A stretch of DNA of 64,000 nt. Origin: Malacoraja senta. Lineage: Eukaryota. Where the stretch lies: NCBI GenBank assembly GCA_038087875.1, contig CM075991.1, forward strand, positions 1,736,001 through 1,800,000, written 5' to 3'. Shown here one piece after another: positions 1 through 14,309 of the stretch; position 1 is the stretch's first letter; every line of letters starts with the position of its first letter. Below the pieces are notes generated by a model, which did not search any database, was not told where the DNA came from, and saw nothing but the letters and a program-made list of their open reading frames with translations. The position numbers were made by a program, and so were the translations under genes.

Positions 1-3000
1 TGAGGAAGTATTAACTAATTGAAGCATCCTCTCCCATTTCTCTATAGATAAAGAAATTTGATGTTCTCTTACCCAGTCATTCTTAATTTTATCAAATGTA
101 TCTTTTTTAAATTTCAAAATCAACTCAAATAGTCGTTATTAAACCCTTCTGATAAAGGTTCAAATGTAAATTTTTTCCCAAAATTTCGGTTTGATGTGGT
201 AACGGAAAAAAGGGTAGAGTAGCCCTCAAAAAATGTATAATTTGTAGATATCTAAAAAAATGTGAGCTAGGTAGATTATATTTATTGGAGAGTTGTTCAA
301 AAGACATAAAACAACCATCCAAAAACAAATCACGAAAAGCTACTAATCCCTCTTCCATAACAGAAAGGCTTGATCAGTGCTAGAAGGTTGGAAGAAAAAA
401 TTTGATATGATGGGACTCGATAAGATAAAATCATTCAATCCAAAAATTGAAACCATATTCGGTGTAAATGTCTTAATATTGTGTTAGTCGTATATTTATT
501 CAATCTCGTAATTGTAAAAGGTAATGAGGCCCCCTAGAATAGAAGCCAATGATAGCCCTTGCATAGAGTCACGTTCAAGATTTATCCATCGTGGACATTG
601 GGTATCTTCTAAATCTTTTCTCCAAAACGTTAAATAGCGAGCATTAACTGGCCAATGGTAAAATCTAAGATTCAGCAGTGCCAAACCACCATCTTTTTTT
701 GATTTCTGTAAGTATTTTTTACTTAGTCTGGAATTTGTATTCTGCCATATATATAAGGAAATTTCGGAGTCAATAATATCAAAGAAAGATTTAGAAATAA
801 AAAATGGTATAGTCTGAAATAAATATAAAAATTTAGGTAAGATAAAAATTTTAATAGCATTGATTCGGCCTATTAGAGATAAGGACATTGGTGACCATTT
901 AGTGAACTGTTGTTTAATGTGTTCAATTAAAGGCGTAAAATTGGCTTTAAATAAATCCTTGTGTTTCTTAGTAATCTTAATGCCTAAATAAGTAAAACAT
1001 TCGGTAGTCAATCTAAATGGAAACTCTCCATAATTCGAAACTAAATTGTTTAATGGAAAGAGCTCACTCTTACTAAGATTTAGTTTATAACCAGAAAAAC
1101 TACTAAATTGATTAAGTAAAGCTACTGTTACTGGAATAGATTTCTCAGGGTTAGAAATGAATAATAACAGATCATCTGCATAAAGAGATAGCTTATGTGT
1201 CTTATTCCCACGGACAATACCAGAAATATTGGGGGATTCCCTAATAGCGGTGGCCAGAGGTTCCAAAGCGAAATCAAACATAAAGGACTTAAAGGACAGC
1301 CCTGTCTAGTACCTCGAAAGTTCCTGAAAAAAGGGAATCTCTGATTATTGGTAAGTACAGAAGCCAGATGTATATGATATATCAGCTTGATCCAAGAAAT
1401 AAATTTTGGACCAATCTTAAATTTTTCAAGAGTATTGAATAAGTATTCCCATTCTACTCTATCAAACGCCTTCGCAGCATCAAGTGAAATGACACATTCC
1501 TAAGTTTTATTTGACACTATATACAATATTCATTAATCTCCTAACGTTAAAGTATGAGTAACGATTTTTAATAAAACCTGTCTGATCTTCAGAAATAATT
1601 TGCGGTAAAATATTTTCCAATCTCATTGCTAATATTTTCGAAAGAATTTTGGATTCTACACTTCTATAGGATCTTTATCTTTTTTAAGAATTAAAGAAAT
1701 AGATGATTCATAAAAAGATTGTGGTAATCTATTCATTATAAAGGCTTCTTTAAAAACCTTGCATAGCCAGGGAGACAGTAAACTTGAGAAATACTTTAAG
1801 AATTGCAATGTGAATCCATCTAAACCAGGAGCTTTACCAGAATTCATCAAAAGGATTGCTTTCTGCATTTCTTCCTCCATGATGGGTTCATCTAACTACA
1901 GAGACTCATTAAGTGGTAAATTTGGCAAGTTCAGTTTCTTTAAGAACTCGGTATAGAGAGGTATAGAATTCCCGATTTATTAATTTCATCATGGTCTACA
2001 GTCAATGTACCATCCCGTTTACTCACTTTAGTAATCTGACGTTTGGCCGACACTGCTTTCAACTGATTAGCGAGTAATTTACCAGATTTTTCGCCATGTA
2101 TATAAAATTGACTTTTGGTTTTAAGTAGCTGGTTCTCAATTGGTAATATTAATAACAAATCATGTCTCAATTGAAGTTCAACTCTATTCTTATAAAGCTC
2201 TAAACTAGGAGCTTTTGAATATATATTTTTATCAATTTCTTTAATCTCATCAGCCAATATACGTATTTCATTTTGAGTTTGTTTTTTTAATCCCGCGGAG
2301 TATGAAATAATTTGTCCACGAATATATGTCTTAAAAGCATCCCAGACTACACCATTGGATATTTCTTAAGTAGAATTTGTTAAGAAGAAAAAAGCAATCT
2401 GATCTGTAATAAAATTAACAACATTTAGATCTTGAAGCAAAGTAGCATTAAATCGCCATTGTTTAGCACTAAACTTGGAATCAGGTAGTTTGGTTGATAG
2501 TTTCAATGGTACATGATCAGAAATAGCAATTGCATCATACACACATGCAGTGACCGATGAAACTAGCCGAGAATCTATTATAAAGTAGTCAATCCTAGAG
2601 TATCTATGATATACATGAGAGAAAAAATGAAATTCTTTGTTATTTGGGTGTAAGAATCTCCAGACTTCTAACATTCCAGAGTCAAGTAAAAAAGAATTGA
2701 TAAAACTAGCTGATTTATTTGGAAGCATGTGATCAGATGCAGATCTGTCCATCGAGGAGTTCAAACAGCAGTTAAATCTCCACCCATTATTTTAAAATGT
2801 TCATTTAAATTAGGAAAGGATGCAATTAACTTTAAAAAAACTCAGGGTGATCGATATTAGATGCATAAACATTCACCATGGCAACTTTGTGTTATGAAGA
2901 ACACCAGTAATCACCAAAAATCTACCATATGGATCAGAAATTGCTTCATAATGAACAAACGGAATTGAGGAGTCAATAAAAATATAGACTCCTTTCACCT

Positions 3001-3198
3001 TAGCCTGTGAATTTGAATGAAACTGCTGTCCTCTCCAAAACTTGAAAAATCATTGATTGTCATCTTGCCTTACATGGGTTTCCTGAACAAAGATAATCTG
3101 AGCATCTAGTCTACAAAGAACTTGAAAAAAAAATTCCTCTTAATAGGATGGTTCAAACGATTCACATTCCATGAAAGAAAGTTAATAACTTTATCCAT
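1..3198 (-). pseudogene. L1 ORF2p (endonuclease + reverse transcriptase), disrupted
   Basis: ORF fragments 2764-2366, 2257-1940, 1880-1656, 1281-496 and 358-125 carry collinear EN/RT motifs. Confidence 0.9.
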
Positions 3199-3633
3199 AC
3201 TGTTTGTGAAAATCATGTGGAGTGTAAAGGGTTAATTTTTTTAAGCATAATTTTTCATGATACTGGAAGGAGAAAAATCTAGGGCGGAGCCAGAAGTGAT
3301 GACATTTCAGACATTTTTGTAGTTCAGATTCGGCACAGATAAAAAAAATCTGAGCTAAAGGCGGAAGAAGCGGAAGACACCTAACCCCCCCCCCCACCCA
3401 TGCAAAGCCTGAAACTGAGCAGTAGACAGTCAGTACGCTACCTAATCCCTTCCCTACCCCCCATCTCCTAACGGCAGCACCCAACGTAAAAAGAAGGCAT
3501 ATTTACCACTCAATAGACAAAACAAAATTAATGTTATGGTTAAAAAGTATATGTTAACTGTGGAACACAAGAGCTACTTCATATTATTTATCCAAGGTCA
3601 AAATATGAAAAACAAGAACTGCATTCACTTTGT

Positions 3634-3761
3634 TGTAAAAGAAGGAACTGCAGATGCTGGAAAATCGAAGGTACACAAAAATGCTGGAGTAACTCAGCGG
3701 GTGCTTTCCTTCACTCCATAGATGCTGCTGCACCCGCTGAGTTTCTCCAGCATTTTTGTGT
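3634..3761. mobile_element. Miniature Penelope-end fold-back insertion in the L1 inter-ORF spacer
   Basis: Penelope terminal sequence (aagaaggaactgcagatgctggaaaatcgaag...) plus an inverted partial copy, flanked by the 17-bp direct repeat aactgcattcactttgt (3617-3633, 3762-3778). Confidence 0.85.
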
Positions 3762-4036
3762 AACTGCATTCACTTTGTCTAAAATCAGGGGAAAAAAATC
3801 CTTCACTTTTAAAAATGGAAAGGCTAACAAAGAAAATCTTAAAAATTAATATATAATAAGATTACATTAAATTAACAGTATCTTAGAGAAGGAAATGTTG
3901 TTGTTTGATACCATCATACTAAAATTCTAAAAAGTAAATTAAAAAACCCCCAACTCTTCCAATTAAAGTCTTAATCATTACAAAACGATATATTGCCAAA
4001 ATAGGAACAGTAAATCTCCAATTATAACTTAATCAG

Positions 4037-4847
4037 CTATGAATAGCTCCCGGTCGCGGCATCACCCTCATAAGCCTCCAGAAAGCTGGAAGCGTCTTGA
4101 GCATTGTTAAAAAATTGAATGTTACCATTAAAGAGTCGTATATGCAGTCTAGCTGGATAAAGTAAGGCAGGGCGCAACTTTTTCTTAAACAACTCAGACA
4201 TTACATTATGGAAAGACTTTCTTAATTCTAAAAGCTCATGACTGTAACCAGGAACAAACCAAAACTTGCATTCTTCATATTCAACCATGCCCAACTCTTT
4301 TGCTGCCTGGAGGATATTCTCCTTCATCTGCAAGAGGTGAAACCGAACAATCAAATGTCTCGGTTTATCTTGGGGACCAGATTTCTTCCCGATGTGCGTT
4401 ATCCAAAAATGGAAGATTTTAATAGTGCTTGATGTTGAAAGTCTCCTTTATCATTTTAGAAGCATATTTTATGACATTATCTCCTTCTTGACCTTCCGTC
4501 AAACCAACAACTCGCAAATTTATTCGACGGCTTCTGTTTTCCAGATCCATATTTTTAATCTTGTATTGCTGGAGTGCCCGAGTATTTTCATTCTTTCTCC
4601 GTTCCAGTTTTTCAATCTTCAAATCTCTCTCCTGGCCCAGGGTTCGCAAGTTATCAATTTGTTCCTTCTGTTCACGAGATTCATCTTGTAACATAATAAG
4701 CTTGTCTTGAACATCCTTCAATTTGCTCGAAATTCTTTTCACCATTTCTTCTAAACTGCAAAATCTTGTTTTCATTTCATTTTTCAGTTCATTGTTCATT
4801 TTCGATATTACTTCTAAGATACCAGTCAGAAGCTGTGCCTTTCCCAT
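4037..4847 (-). pseudogene. L1 ORF1p (coiled coil + RRM/CTD), frameshifted
   Basis: Two ORF pieces with L1 ORF1 motifs LENRSRRINLR and LLYPARL. Confidence 0.85.
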
Positions 4848-5040
4848 GCTTCTTTCCCTCTTGTCTCCATCCTTAACACGATTAAAGTGTTTAAAAGTGT
4901 TATCAACACTTTAAGAAAAGTTAGACCGTGTCTTGAAATCAAGTAATTACAAGTAACATTGAAAGAGTGGTAAGTAAAAGTTAAAAGTTAAAAGAGCAAA
5001 CCAATTTGCAACCTTACAGCACGCCGCCACTAGCAGAGTC

Positions 5041-6410
5041 TTGACAACATCCTTGTACACGTAAATCTCTACATTCTTTCTAGTTTAACAACATCTTCTA
5101 TAGCTGGGTGACCAACTCTGATCACAATACTCCAACTGTGGCCTCACTGGCACCCTTTTTGACCACCTTGTCAACCTGTGCTACCAATTTCAATGAACTA
5201 TTCACCTGCATTCCGAGATCTCTGCTCTGCAGAACTCCCGAGTCCTGACATTTATATAGAAGATCTTGTCCCGATTAGTGTTCCCGAAATGCTGTACCTC
5301 ACATTTATCTGCATTAAACTCTATTAACCATTCTTCTACCCCCAAGATCCTGCTGCACTTTTTGACAACTATTTTCACTGTCTACAATACCAGCCACTTT
5401 AATGTACTCTGCAAATTTATTGACCATGCCTTGTAAGTTCACATCCAAATTGTTGATGTGACAGCAGACAGCAGTGGATCCAGCACCAATCCTTGAAGCG
5501 CGTCACTAATCAGAGTCCTCAAGTCCAAAAAACAATGTTCCACCATCACCCTCTGTTTCCTTCCATGAAGCCAGTTTTCTATCCAGGCCATTAGCTCTCT
5601 TTGGATCCCATGCAATCTAACCTTCCAGAACAACTACCATGCGGAACCTCATCAAATGCCTTGCTGAAATCTATGTAGAAAATGTCTACAGCTCTGCCAT
5701 CAACCTTTCTGGTTACATAGAGTCAAACAGTGATGCAGTGTGGACACAGGCCCTTCGGCACAACCTGCCCACACCGGCCAACAATGTCCCAGCTACACTA
5801 GTCCCACTTGCCTGCGCTTAGTCTATATCCCTCCAAACCTGTCCTATCCATGTACCTGTCTAAATCTTTTCCCGTTCAAATTGAACCTATGCCATCTGGT
5901 CCTCAATTCCCATACTCTGGGCAAGAGACAATGCATCTACCTGATCTATTCCTCTCATGATTTTGTACACCTCTATAAGATCGCCCTACTCAACCTCTCT
6001 CTATAGCTCGCACCCTCCAGTCCTGGCAACATCCTCGTAAATCTTTTCTGAAACCTTTCAAGCTTGACAATATCTTTCCTATTACATGGTGCCCAGAACA
6101 GAACACAATGTTCTAAATGCGGTCTCACCAACATCTGCAACATGACCTCCCAACTTCAATACTCAATACTCTGATTGATGAAGGCAAAGTGCCAAAAGTC
6201 TTTTTGACCATCCTACCCACCTGCGACTCGACCTTCAAGGAACCATGCACCTGCACTCCTAGACCCCTCTGCTCTACAACACTACCCAGATACCTATCAT
6301 TTACTGTGCAGGTCCTGCCCCTGTTCGACGTCCTAAAATGCAACACCTCACACTTCTCAGTATTGAATTCCATCAACCATTCCTCCGCCCACCTGGCTAA
6401 TTGATCCATA
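5041..6410 (-). mobile_element. Decayed CR1-clade LINE 3' fragments
   Basis: Translations WIENWLHGRKQRV and WAEEWLMEFNTEKCEVLHF are typical CR1 RT C-terminal motifs. Boundaries approximate. Confidence 0.8.
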
Positions 6411-6619
6411 CCTGTACAAGAAGAATGAGTTGCACCTGAACTGGAAGGGAACAAATATCCCGGCAAGCAGGTAGGCTCTACTATATGGGTGGGTTTACAC
6501 TATATAGGGTGATCCACAGAGGTCACATGCACTCCCTGTCTATTTCCTTTTCTCATGCTCACCCACCAAAAACAATCACAAGACTCACACACAAGTGCAG
6601 AATTTATGTTGCCTCTAAA

Positions 6620-6780
6620 TCTACTTGCCCCCCCCCCACAACGCAGCACTTGCCCCTCCCCCACACACACAGTATTTGCCCCATCTCTCACAGCACTAGA
6701 CCCTCCCCCACACACAGTACTTGCCCCACCCCCCACACAGCACCAGACCCACCCCCACAGCATCTGACACACTGCCCTTC
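6620..6780. repeat. Imperfect C/A-rich tandem repeat (cagcacttgcccc...cacaca units)
   Basis: About 6 degenerate units visible by eye. Confidence 0.6.
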
Positions 6781-6789
6781 CCATTAATG

Positions 6790-8370
6790 CACAATCTTTT
6801 ATCTAGGGTAGGGAAATCAATAACCAAATGACAAAGGTTTAAGGAGATGAGAAAATTTATTAGATATCTGAGGGACAACTTTTTTACTCAGAAAATGGTG
6901 GGTTTTCTGGTACGAGCTGCCAGAGGTGGTACAGTAACTGTGGCAGGTACTATAACAGCATTTAAAAGACACATGGAGAGATACATGAAAGGAAAGGTTC
7001 AGAGCCATATGGGTCAAATGTGTGCAAATTAGACTACCTTAGATGGGGCAATTTGGTGAGCATGGACAATTGGGGCTGTCGTGCCTGTTTCCATGCTGTA
7101 TGACTATGACAGATGGATAACTTACCCCATGTGATGCGGCTAAACAAGATGAGAGCGCAAGGTATTAGAGGGAAGATACCTGCATGGATAGCAGGTTGGC
7201 TGAAGGCAAAGAGTGGGAAAAAGGGACTTTTTGTGATAGGCTACTGGTGGCTGGTGGTGTTCTGTAGGGGTCGGGTTTGAGGCCGCTACTTTTCACATAT
7301 TTTATCAACGATTTGGATGAGGAAATTAATGGATATGTGGCCGTTTGGAGATGATACAAAGATAGGTGGAGCGGTAGCTAATGTAGAGGAAGCAGGGAAT
7401 CTGCAGAAGGACTTGGACAGGTTGTAAGAGGTGGGAGATGGAATACGGTGAAGCAAAGTGTACTTTGATAGTAGGACAAAAGACTATTTTGTAAATAGGG
7501 AATGGCGGGTTTTCTGGTACGAGTTGCCAGAGGAGATACAGTAGTTGTGGCAGGTGTTACAATAGCATTTAAAAGACACATGTGAGATACATGAAAGGAA
7601 AGATTTAAGGCCATATGGGTCAAATGTGGGCCATATTGGAGAGGATTCAGGAATCTGAGGTGCAAAGGGACTTGGGAGTTCTGGTGGAGTGTTCCCAAAA
7701 GATTAATTTGCAAGTTAAATCGGTAATAAGAAAGGCAAATGTCATGTTAGCAATCATTTTGAGAGAACTAGAATATATAAAGCAGGGATGCAATGCTGAG
7801 ACTTTTTATAGGATACCAGTCAAACTGCATTTGGAGTTTTGTGAACAGATTTAGTCCACATATGTGAGGAGGGATTTGCTAGCATTGGAGAGAGTCCAGA
7901 AGAGATTGATGAGAATGATTGATGAGAGTGGGTTAACGTATGAGGAGACTGTGAGGGCTTTGGGCCTGGACTCGTGTGTGTTTAGAAGGATAAGTAGGAA
8001 TCACATTGAAACCTACTAAATAATGAAAATACCACATAGAGTGGATGTTGAGAGAATGCTTCCAGTAGTGGGAGAATCTAGGACCACAGGGCACAGCCTC
8101 AGAATAAAAGGTCATCATTTTAGAATGATAACGAGGATATTATTTTGCCAGAGATTAGTTTATCTGTGGAATTAATTGCCAGAGATGATTGTGGAAGCCA
8201 AGGCATTGGGTATTTTTAAAGAGGAGATTGAAAGGTTATTAATTAACAAGGGTGCCAAATGTTAGGAAGAAGGTGGGAGAACGGGGTTCAGAGGGAAAGA
8301 TCAACCATGATTGAATTGTGGAATAGAATCGACGGGCCAAATGGCCTAATTCTGCTCCTATGACATGAAC
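6790..8370 (+). mobile_element. Decayed CR1 LINE fragments (two 3' portions)
   Basis: QRDLGVLV and IRKANVML motifs; CR1 3' UTR ending ggccaaatggcctaattctgctcct. Boundaries approximate. Confidence 0.75.
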
Positions 8371-8699
8371 ATAAAAACATGAGAGTATGAAGTATTTTTG
8401 TTCTCTTCTACATTGGAGACTGATACAGGGCACAATAAAAATGAATTAAAACTGCATTCGGCATGGTGTGGTATTTTCAGGCGGCTGCCGAGAGTGCGGG
8501 TGGGCTGGGTGCCCTGAACTGTTTACAAATTGCCAAAGTCCCTGGTGGTGGAATGATGGAAATGAGAAGAACACCCACATGGTCTGGATCGTACTGTGGA
8601 CAATGGGGTCAACCATCTCCTCTCTGACGGTAAGCTTCTTTAACTGTATGTTTCTTAGATGCAGGTATCGGCTCGGTGTTGTTTCTGTTTCAAATTCAA

Positions 8700-9650
8700 C
8701 AGACAATAGACAATAGGTGCAGAAGTAGGCCATTCGGCCCTTCGAGCCAGCACCGCCATTCACTGTGATCATGGCTGATCATCCACAATCAGTACCCCAT
8801 TCCTGCCTTCTCACCAAATCCCTTGACGGCGCTATCTTTTAGAGCTCTATCTAAACTCTCTTGAAAGTATCCAGAGAACTGGCCTCCACTGCCTTCTGAG
8901 GCAGAGAATTCCACAGATTCACAACTCTGGGTAAAAATGTTTTTCCTCATCTCCATTCTAAATGGCCTACCCCTTATTCTGAAAATGTGGCCCCTGATTC
9001 TGGACTCCCCCAACATCGGGAACACGTTTCCTGCCCCTAGCGTGTCCAAACCCTTAATAATCTGATATGTTTCAATAAGATTCCCTCTCATCCTTCTAAA
9101 TTCCAGAGTATACAAGCCCATCCGCTCTATTCTATCAACATACGAAAATCCGCCATCACGGGAATTGACCTCATGAACCTACGCTGCACTCCCTCAATAG
9201 CAAGAATGTCCTTCCTCAAATTTGGAGACCAAAACTGCACACAATGCTCCAGGTGTGGTCTCACTAGGGCCCTGTACAACTGCAGAAGGATGTCTTTGCT
9301 CCTATACTCAACTCCTCCTGTTATGCAGGCCAACATGACATTCACTTTCTTCACTGCCTGCTGTACCTGCATGCTTCCTTTCAGTGACTGATGAACAAGG
9401 GCCCCCCAGATCTCGTTGTACTTCCCCTTTTCCCAACGACACCATTCACATAATAATCTGCCTTCCCGTTTTTGCCACTTAAGTGGATAACCTCACATTT
9501 GTCCACATTAAACTGCATCTGCCATGCATCTGCCCACTCACTCAACCTGTCTAAGTCACCCTGCATCCTCATAGCACCCCCCTCACAGTTCACACTGCCA
9601 CCCAGCTTTGTGTCATCTGTAAATTTGTTAATGTTACTTTTAATCCCTTC
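8700..9650 (-). mobile_element. CR1 LINE 3' fragment (same family as 30163-33535)
   Basis: ORFs QGDLDRLSEWADAWQMQFNVDKCEVIH and LYRALVRPHLE; (tctattg)n-type tail at ~8700-8715. Confidence 0.9.
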
Positions 9651-11192
9651 ATTGGTCTCTCAAGAGAAGGCGAAATAAAGGAAATAGATCCGAATAAATC
9701 CATTAATGGGCAGGTTCTTTCTCATTGGTGCATTAGAGCAGACTGCAGTTCACGCCTTACTTCGTTCACAATCTATTGGTTGTTTGGAGCAAAACATCAT
9801 TTACAATGAAAACAGTTATCAAAGAATTAACTCTCAGATACGTTAGCGTGTCAGAAGATTTTGGAGAGACCATTCTATGTCCGTAGGGGGTGTTCAGTTG
9901 ATGTTCTGGTGTCATCGCTGCAATTGGCCGCTGGCAGAATGCTGCGGTCCTTCTTGACTTTGATTGTATTGCAGATTTGGAACTGTGAGTTCATTGAGAA
10001 TGTTGAAAGTATTCGGTGATCAATTAACATGATATTTATTATTATACTCTATATTCCCGTATCTTTCTAGCTACATAATTGCACGTTATGGTGTATGGAC
10101 TGTGGATAGTAGAAAATATTTATTCTCTGAATGGAGACACAAGGGCCTGCAGATGCTGCTTTATGAAAAAAGACAGAATTAGCTGGAATAACACAGCGGG
10201 CCAGGCAGCGTCTCTGGAGAACATGGATCGATGGCATTTCGGGTCGAGACCCTTCTTCAAACTGTTGCTGCTTGATCCGCTGAGCCACTCCAGCACTTTG
10301 TGGCTATATGTTTGTGATGACAAAATTGTAATTGTTAAATTGATGATAAATTTCTGCCACGTGTGAAATTTCCACCTGTCCAGGTCAGGGGTTTGGGTGT
10401 TTTTGTAATCAGAGCACAGGAGCAGAGATGAGAAAATATGCTAATTTACTTCAAATGTATGATGGGAGAAGTGGACTTTATAATTAATTCGTTATTTTCC
10501 AATATTTTCTATTTAAGCCATTTGGTAACAAGTTGCTGACTTCAATCGGAACAGTGTGTGGATAATTTCGTCAAGTTAAACACATTTAACGTCCCATTCC
10601 GATTTTGTCAAACAGATTTAAACGTGAAATTTCATCCACGGGAATTTTCTTCAGTCACAGATCAGTCAACCCGCAAGACTCGGGTCTTGTGTACTGCAAT
10701 TCAGAAAGAGATTATGAATCTGAATTTATCAGAGGTATAGGGCGGTCACTGTTGGGACAGAGTACATCGGAGTCCGGAGAGTATAAACTCTGTGAGGGTG
10801 AACAGCATCCAAAGCTGCAGCTGTTGCTGACTGAAGCCGCACACAAATTCCTGTCGCTGATAGTGATCAGTTGCAGCTTTTTTTATCCACCATGTCATAC
10901 TGTGAACTGAGCATATTTATAAAATGTAGTTAGTATCGTGTTGTTGGAAAGTTTTTTTATTAATTTTACATCATTAAACATCATCTTGATGTAGAATGAA
11001 CACTTGTTAAAATTAGCTTTAATTTTGTCATTGAACACTCACTTCGATGACTTTTCCACACAGTGGTCAATGATCTTCAAATGCGTCACATTATATATTA
11101 ACGGAGTTTTCAGTTTGGCACTATGCGTGTCCAGCTATTAGAAGCAACACATTTATTTCTCGGGGCATTTTTGCATTCTCCATTCTGTTTAG

Positions 11193-11282
11193 GTGGAGAT
11201 TCGCAGTTAGAGAGATGTTGCAATTTTCTTTAAATGGCTTTTCACTTGCTCTATTTTGGTTCACAGTTCAGTGCAGATTTCC
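11193..11282 (+). CDS. Candidate signal-peptide exon of the SRCR gene (tentative)
   Basis: Acceptor ctgtttag| at 11192; ATG at 11215 gives hydrophobic MLQFSLNGFSLALFWFTVQCRF. The donor is weak and its phase does not match the next exon. Confidence 0.25.
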
Positions 11283-11804
11283 GTAACAAATTTCGCCTTG
11301 ATATTTTATCTCCCACATATACCTACTGTTAAATGCATAATGAACCTTCGGCGGGGCCGCAGATTCTGAGGAAAGTAAAACAGTCCACCTTGGGACTGAT
11401 GTACAAAATTCACCTCTGTTTTCTCTCTGTTGAGAGTTTCAGAATTTTATTTCTTTGTTTTGAAGATTTATCTCATTTGATGCTTTATAGATAAATTCAG
11501 GCATATATTCAGCTGTTGTTTCTCCAGTCCCGTCCACATTATACAAATCAGAAAACAAAAGGAGGACATATTCATCCGTGAATTATCGGCAGAAATTGGG
11601 CGCTGGCTAAATCAAACACCAACTTTGCTTCTGATTTTGTCGTTAAGATAACATCACGTCATTGAATATTGTTGGAGTCTGTGTAATTGACACCACGTTG
11701 GCATCTAAGTAAATGTGTAGGAAGGAACTGCAGATTCTGGTTTAAACAAACAACACGGAAAGAGCCCTTGACCACCTAGTCTCAGGCGAGCAGCAAACAT
11801 CCAA

Positions 11805-12400
11805 TTGCATATTTAATCCTATTTTATTTTTCCTCGTTCTCATCAACTCCCCGAAGATACTGCCTCTCATGCACATGAAGGAATATTTACAGTGGGTAAA
11901 TGCCCGTTTTTGGAATGTAGGATAAAAACAGAACGCGCGGGGGAAACCCACACAGGCACTAGGAGAAGGTGCAAAATCCACACTGACAGCACCCGAGGTC
12001 GGCATTGAACTCGGCTCTGTGACGCTGCCTGCAGTGGCACAACTGGTTGGAAGGAGCACGTTATCGGTATCCTCTAATTAATTATACTACCGCTGCTTCC
12101 ACCCAGTTGTAGCGATCTCGGTTCATTCCTTACTACCGGTGCTGTATGACATGCTATTACACTTGCATCTTCCCTGTGACTGCGCGTTTGCCCGGGTGCT
12201 CCGGTTTCTTCGCGCATCCCAATGATTTGTTGCTAGGTAGTTTAATTACCTACTGTAAATTATCTTGAGTAGAATGGTCAAACGGATGAAAGAAGGGTTG
12301 ATGGGGCCGAATGAAGGGAAATAAGGAGAGGGTAAATTAAATAACGAGATTGTTCCAGTGCTTGGTATGGAGCCGATGGGCTGAATAGTCTCCTTCTTGT
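11805..12400. mobile_element. Two decayed HE1/V-SINE-like copies in opposite orientations
   Basis: Similar to the SINE body at 23497-23795 (cccgggtgctccggtttc; reverse cacactgacagcacccgaggtc). Boundaries approximate. Confidence 0.6.
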
Positions 12401-13534
12401 CCTTAGAAGTTTAGAATGGGAACTGTGTTTTATACATGATGTGTAATGGTACTGCTTCCGCGTACATTAAATACTTGCATAATCGTAATACAGTCTGAGA
12501 AAATAAGATCCTAATGATTCCCAAATGGTCAGATACGATTGTGCTGCTTATATTATTACTTCGTGAGATATAACGCTAAATTAATGAGCCTGTTGTGCAT
12601 GCGGTCAATTGTCCACTGCATTGTCCACGGGCTGGGTTTGTGCAATCGCTGAAAGGCATAGAATTGAATAACATTATCTAGATTCACAAATTGTAACGCA
12701 GGTTTGAAACTGTGAACGTAAATAGACTTTCCCCACTTCTTGAAAATCGGTTAAAAGAAGATGGCAACTGGCGAGACAGTATCTGTCCCTGGAGCCAAAT
12801 CGATAACAGCACTCAGGTGTGGGAGCAATTCGTGCCCAGTTATTGCTGGACAACGCAGGACACAAACGAACCAACGTGTAACGTTGGAATATCATTCAAG
12901 CATTCTCCACAAGCAAATCTGAAAATAAATAGAGTCATAGAGTCGTAAATATTAGCATCGCCTCACCTGTATTAAGATACTGGAAAGTAGTATAGAAATC
13001 GAGGGCAGAATATCTTCAGTAGTCTGGGATCAGGTCATTTGTCTATCATGTGGTGGACGGTGTTGAACACAGAAAAATATCCTGCAAATCCATCGGAGGG
13101 AATATCATCGTAAATTTTGTTTAAGGGGAAATGAAGGAGTCCGCAGAAAATTTAAATGATCGAGATTGTGGCACACGGGTCAGTTCACTTTGTATCGCCT
13201 GTGGAAAGTAAAATTGAAATGAGAATCTGAACTCGTGATAGTATGAACCTCACAGACAGGAGTTATTTCAAGAATTTTATTTTTACTGCCATATGTACCG
13301 AAAACTGAAAAAAAGAAATTATTTCTTCTATGGGAATAAGGATGGGGTTATTCACTGTTAATTGCATTATGAATTTTCCCATGCGAATTATCAGTTAGAG
13401 TGGCAACACAATGTATTTTCAAGGCTACGTAAAATGTGCCCGAACCTGATAGTTCACCAGAGGCGATAGGAGAGTTGTCGTGGCCCAACAGGCCTACTTT
13501 TCAGGTATATTGTTCCCTGTCGTTCTAAAGGGTC

Positions 13535-14010
13535 ACCCTGGTATAAGAAGGGTGCCATTAAGATGGGAAGAATGCAGTGAAGATTTACAAGAACGTTTCC
13601 AGCACTTAAGGACCCGAGTTGTGGAGAGAGATTGGGCAAGTTAGGACTTTATTCCTTGGAGCGCAGGAGACCAAGCGGCGTTGGAGGAGCATATAATCAC
13701 GAGAGGAATTAATATAGTGAATGGCACAGAGTATTTTAAACCAGAATAGGAGAAATAAAAACAACAGAGGCCTAAGGTTTAAGATGAGAAGGGAAAGATT
13801 TAATAGGATCCAGAGGGTCGTTTTTTCCACACACAGGGTGGTGGGTATATGGAACAAGCTGCCAGGGGAGGCAGCTGGGGCAGGTATTTAAGGTATTTAA
13901 TGCATTTAAAATTCATTGATCGGGTACAAGCATTGGAACGTTTTAGAGAGACATGGGCCAAACGTGGGCAAATGGAACTTGCTTAGATGGGACAATCTGG
14001 TGGGCATGGA
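13535..14010 (+). mobile_element. CR1 (HER1-like) 3' fragment
   Basis: Similar to the 3' ends of other CR1 copies (acacagggtggtgggtatatggaacaagctgcca). Confidence 0.7.
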
Positions 14011-14309
14011 CCAAATTTACCACATCGGTAAATTGTGTCCAGATATCTGTAGATCTAACAATAAATTTCATACGATTTTCTGACTGCTGATACTCATTTA
14101 CAGTAACATCTAAAAAAGGAGGTGGGAAGGTGAAACAACTCTCTGTAGCGGTTCGGAACGCTGCCTCTCAGGTTACTGTCGGGACTTTTTCCGGTGATGG
14201 TTTCATTAATGAGATGCCCACCTCCCCATGGACCCATTCGGTCCCACATCCCAACCCCATCACTCCACCCGTCACACAGCCAAATCTCATTCTTTATTTC
14301 TCATTTCAG

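Larger units (their letters stand above)
1..5040 (-). mobile_element. L1-clade LINE, 5' end present, ORF1 and ORF2 disrupted, runs off the window start
   Basis: ORF1 pieces at 4847-4419 (coiled coil, LENRSRRINLRVVGL) and 4354-4037. ORF2 starts MDKVINFLSWNV at 3198 (APE endonuclease, YSRIDYF/SDH) and continues into RT pieces KAPGLDGF (1880-1656) and LYADD (1281-496). Several frameshifts and stops. Confidence 0.93.
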
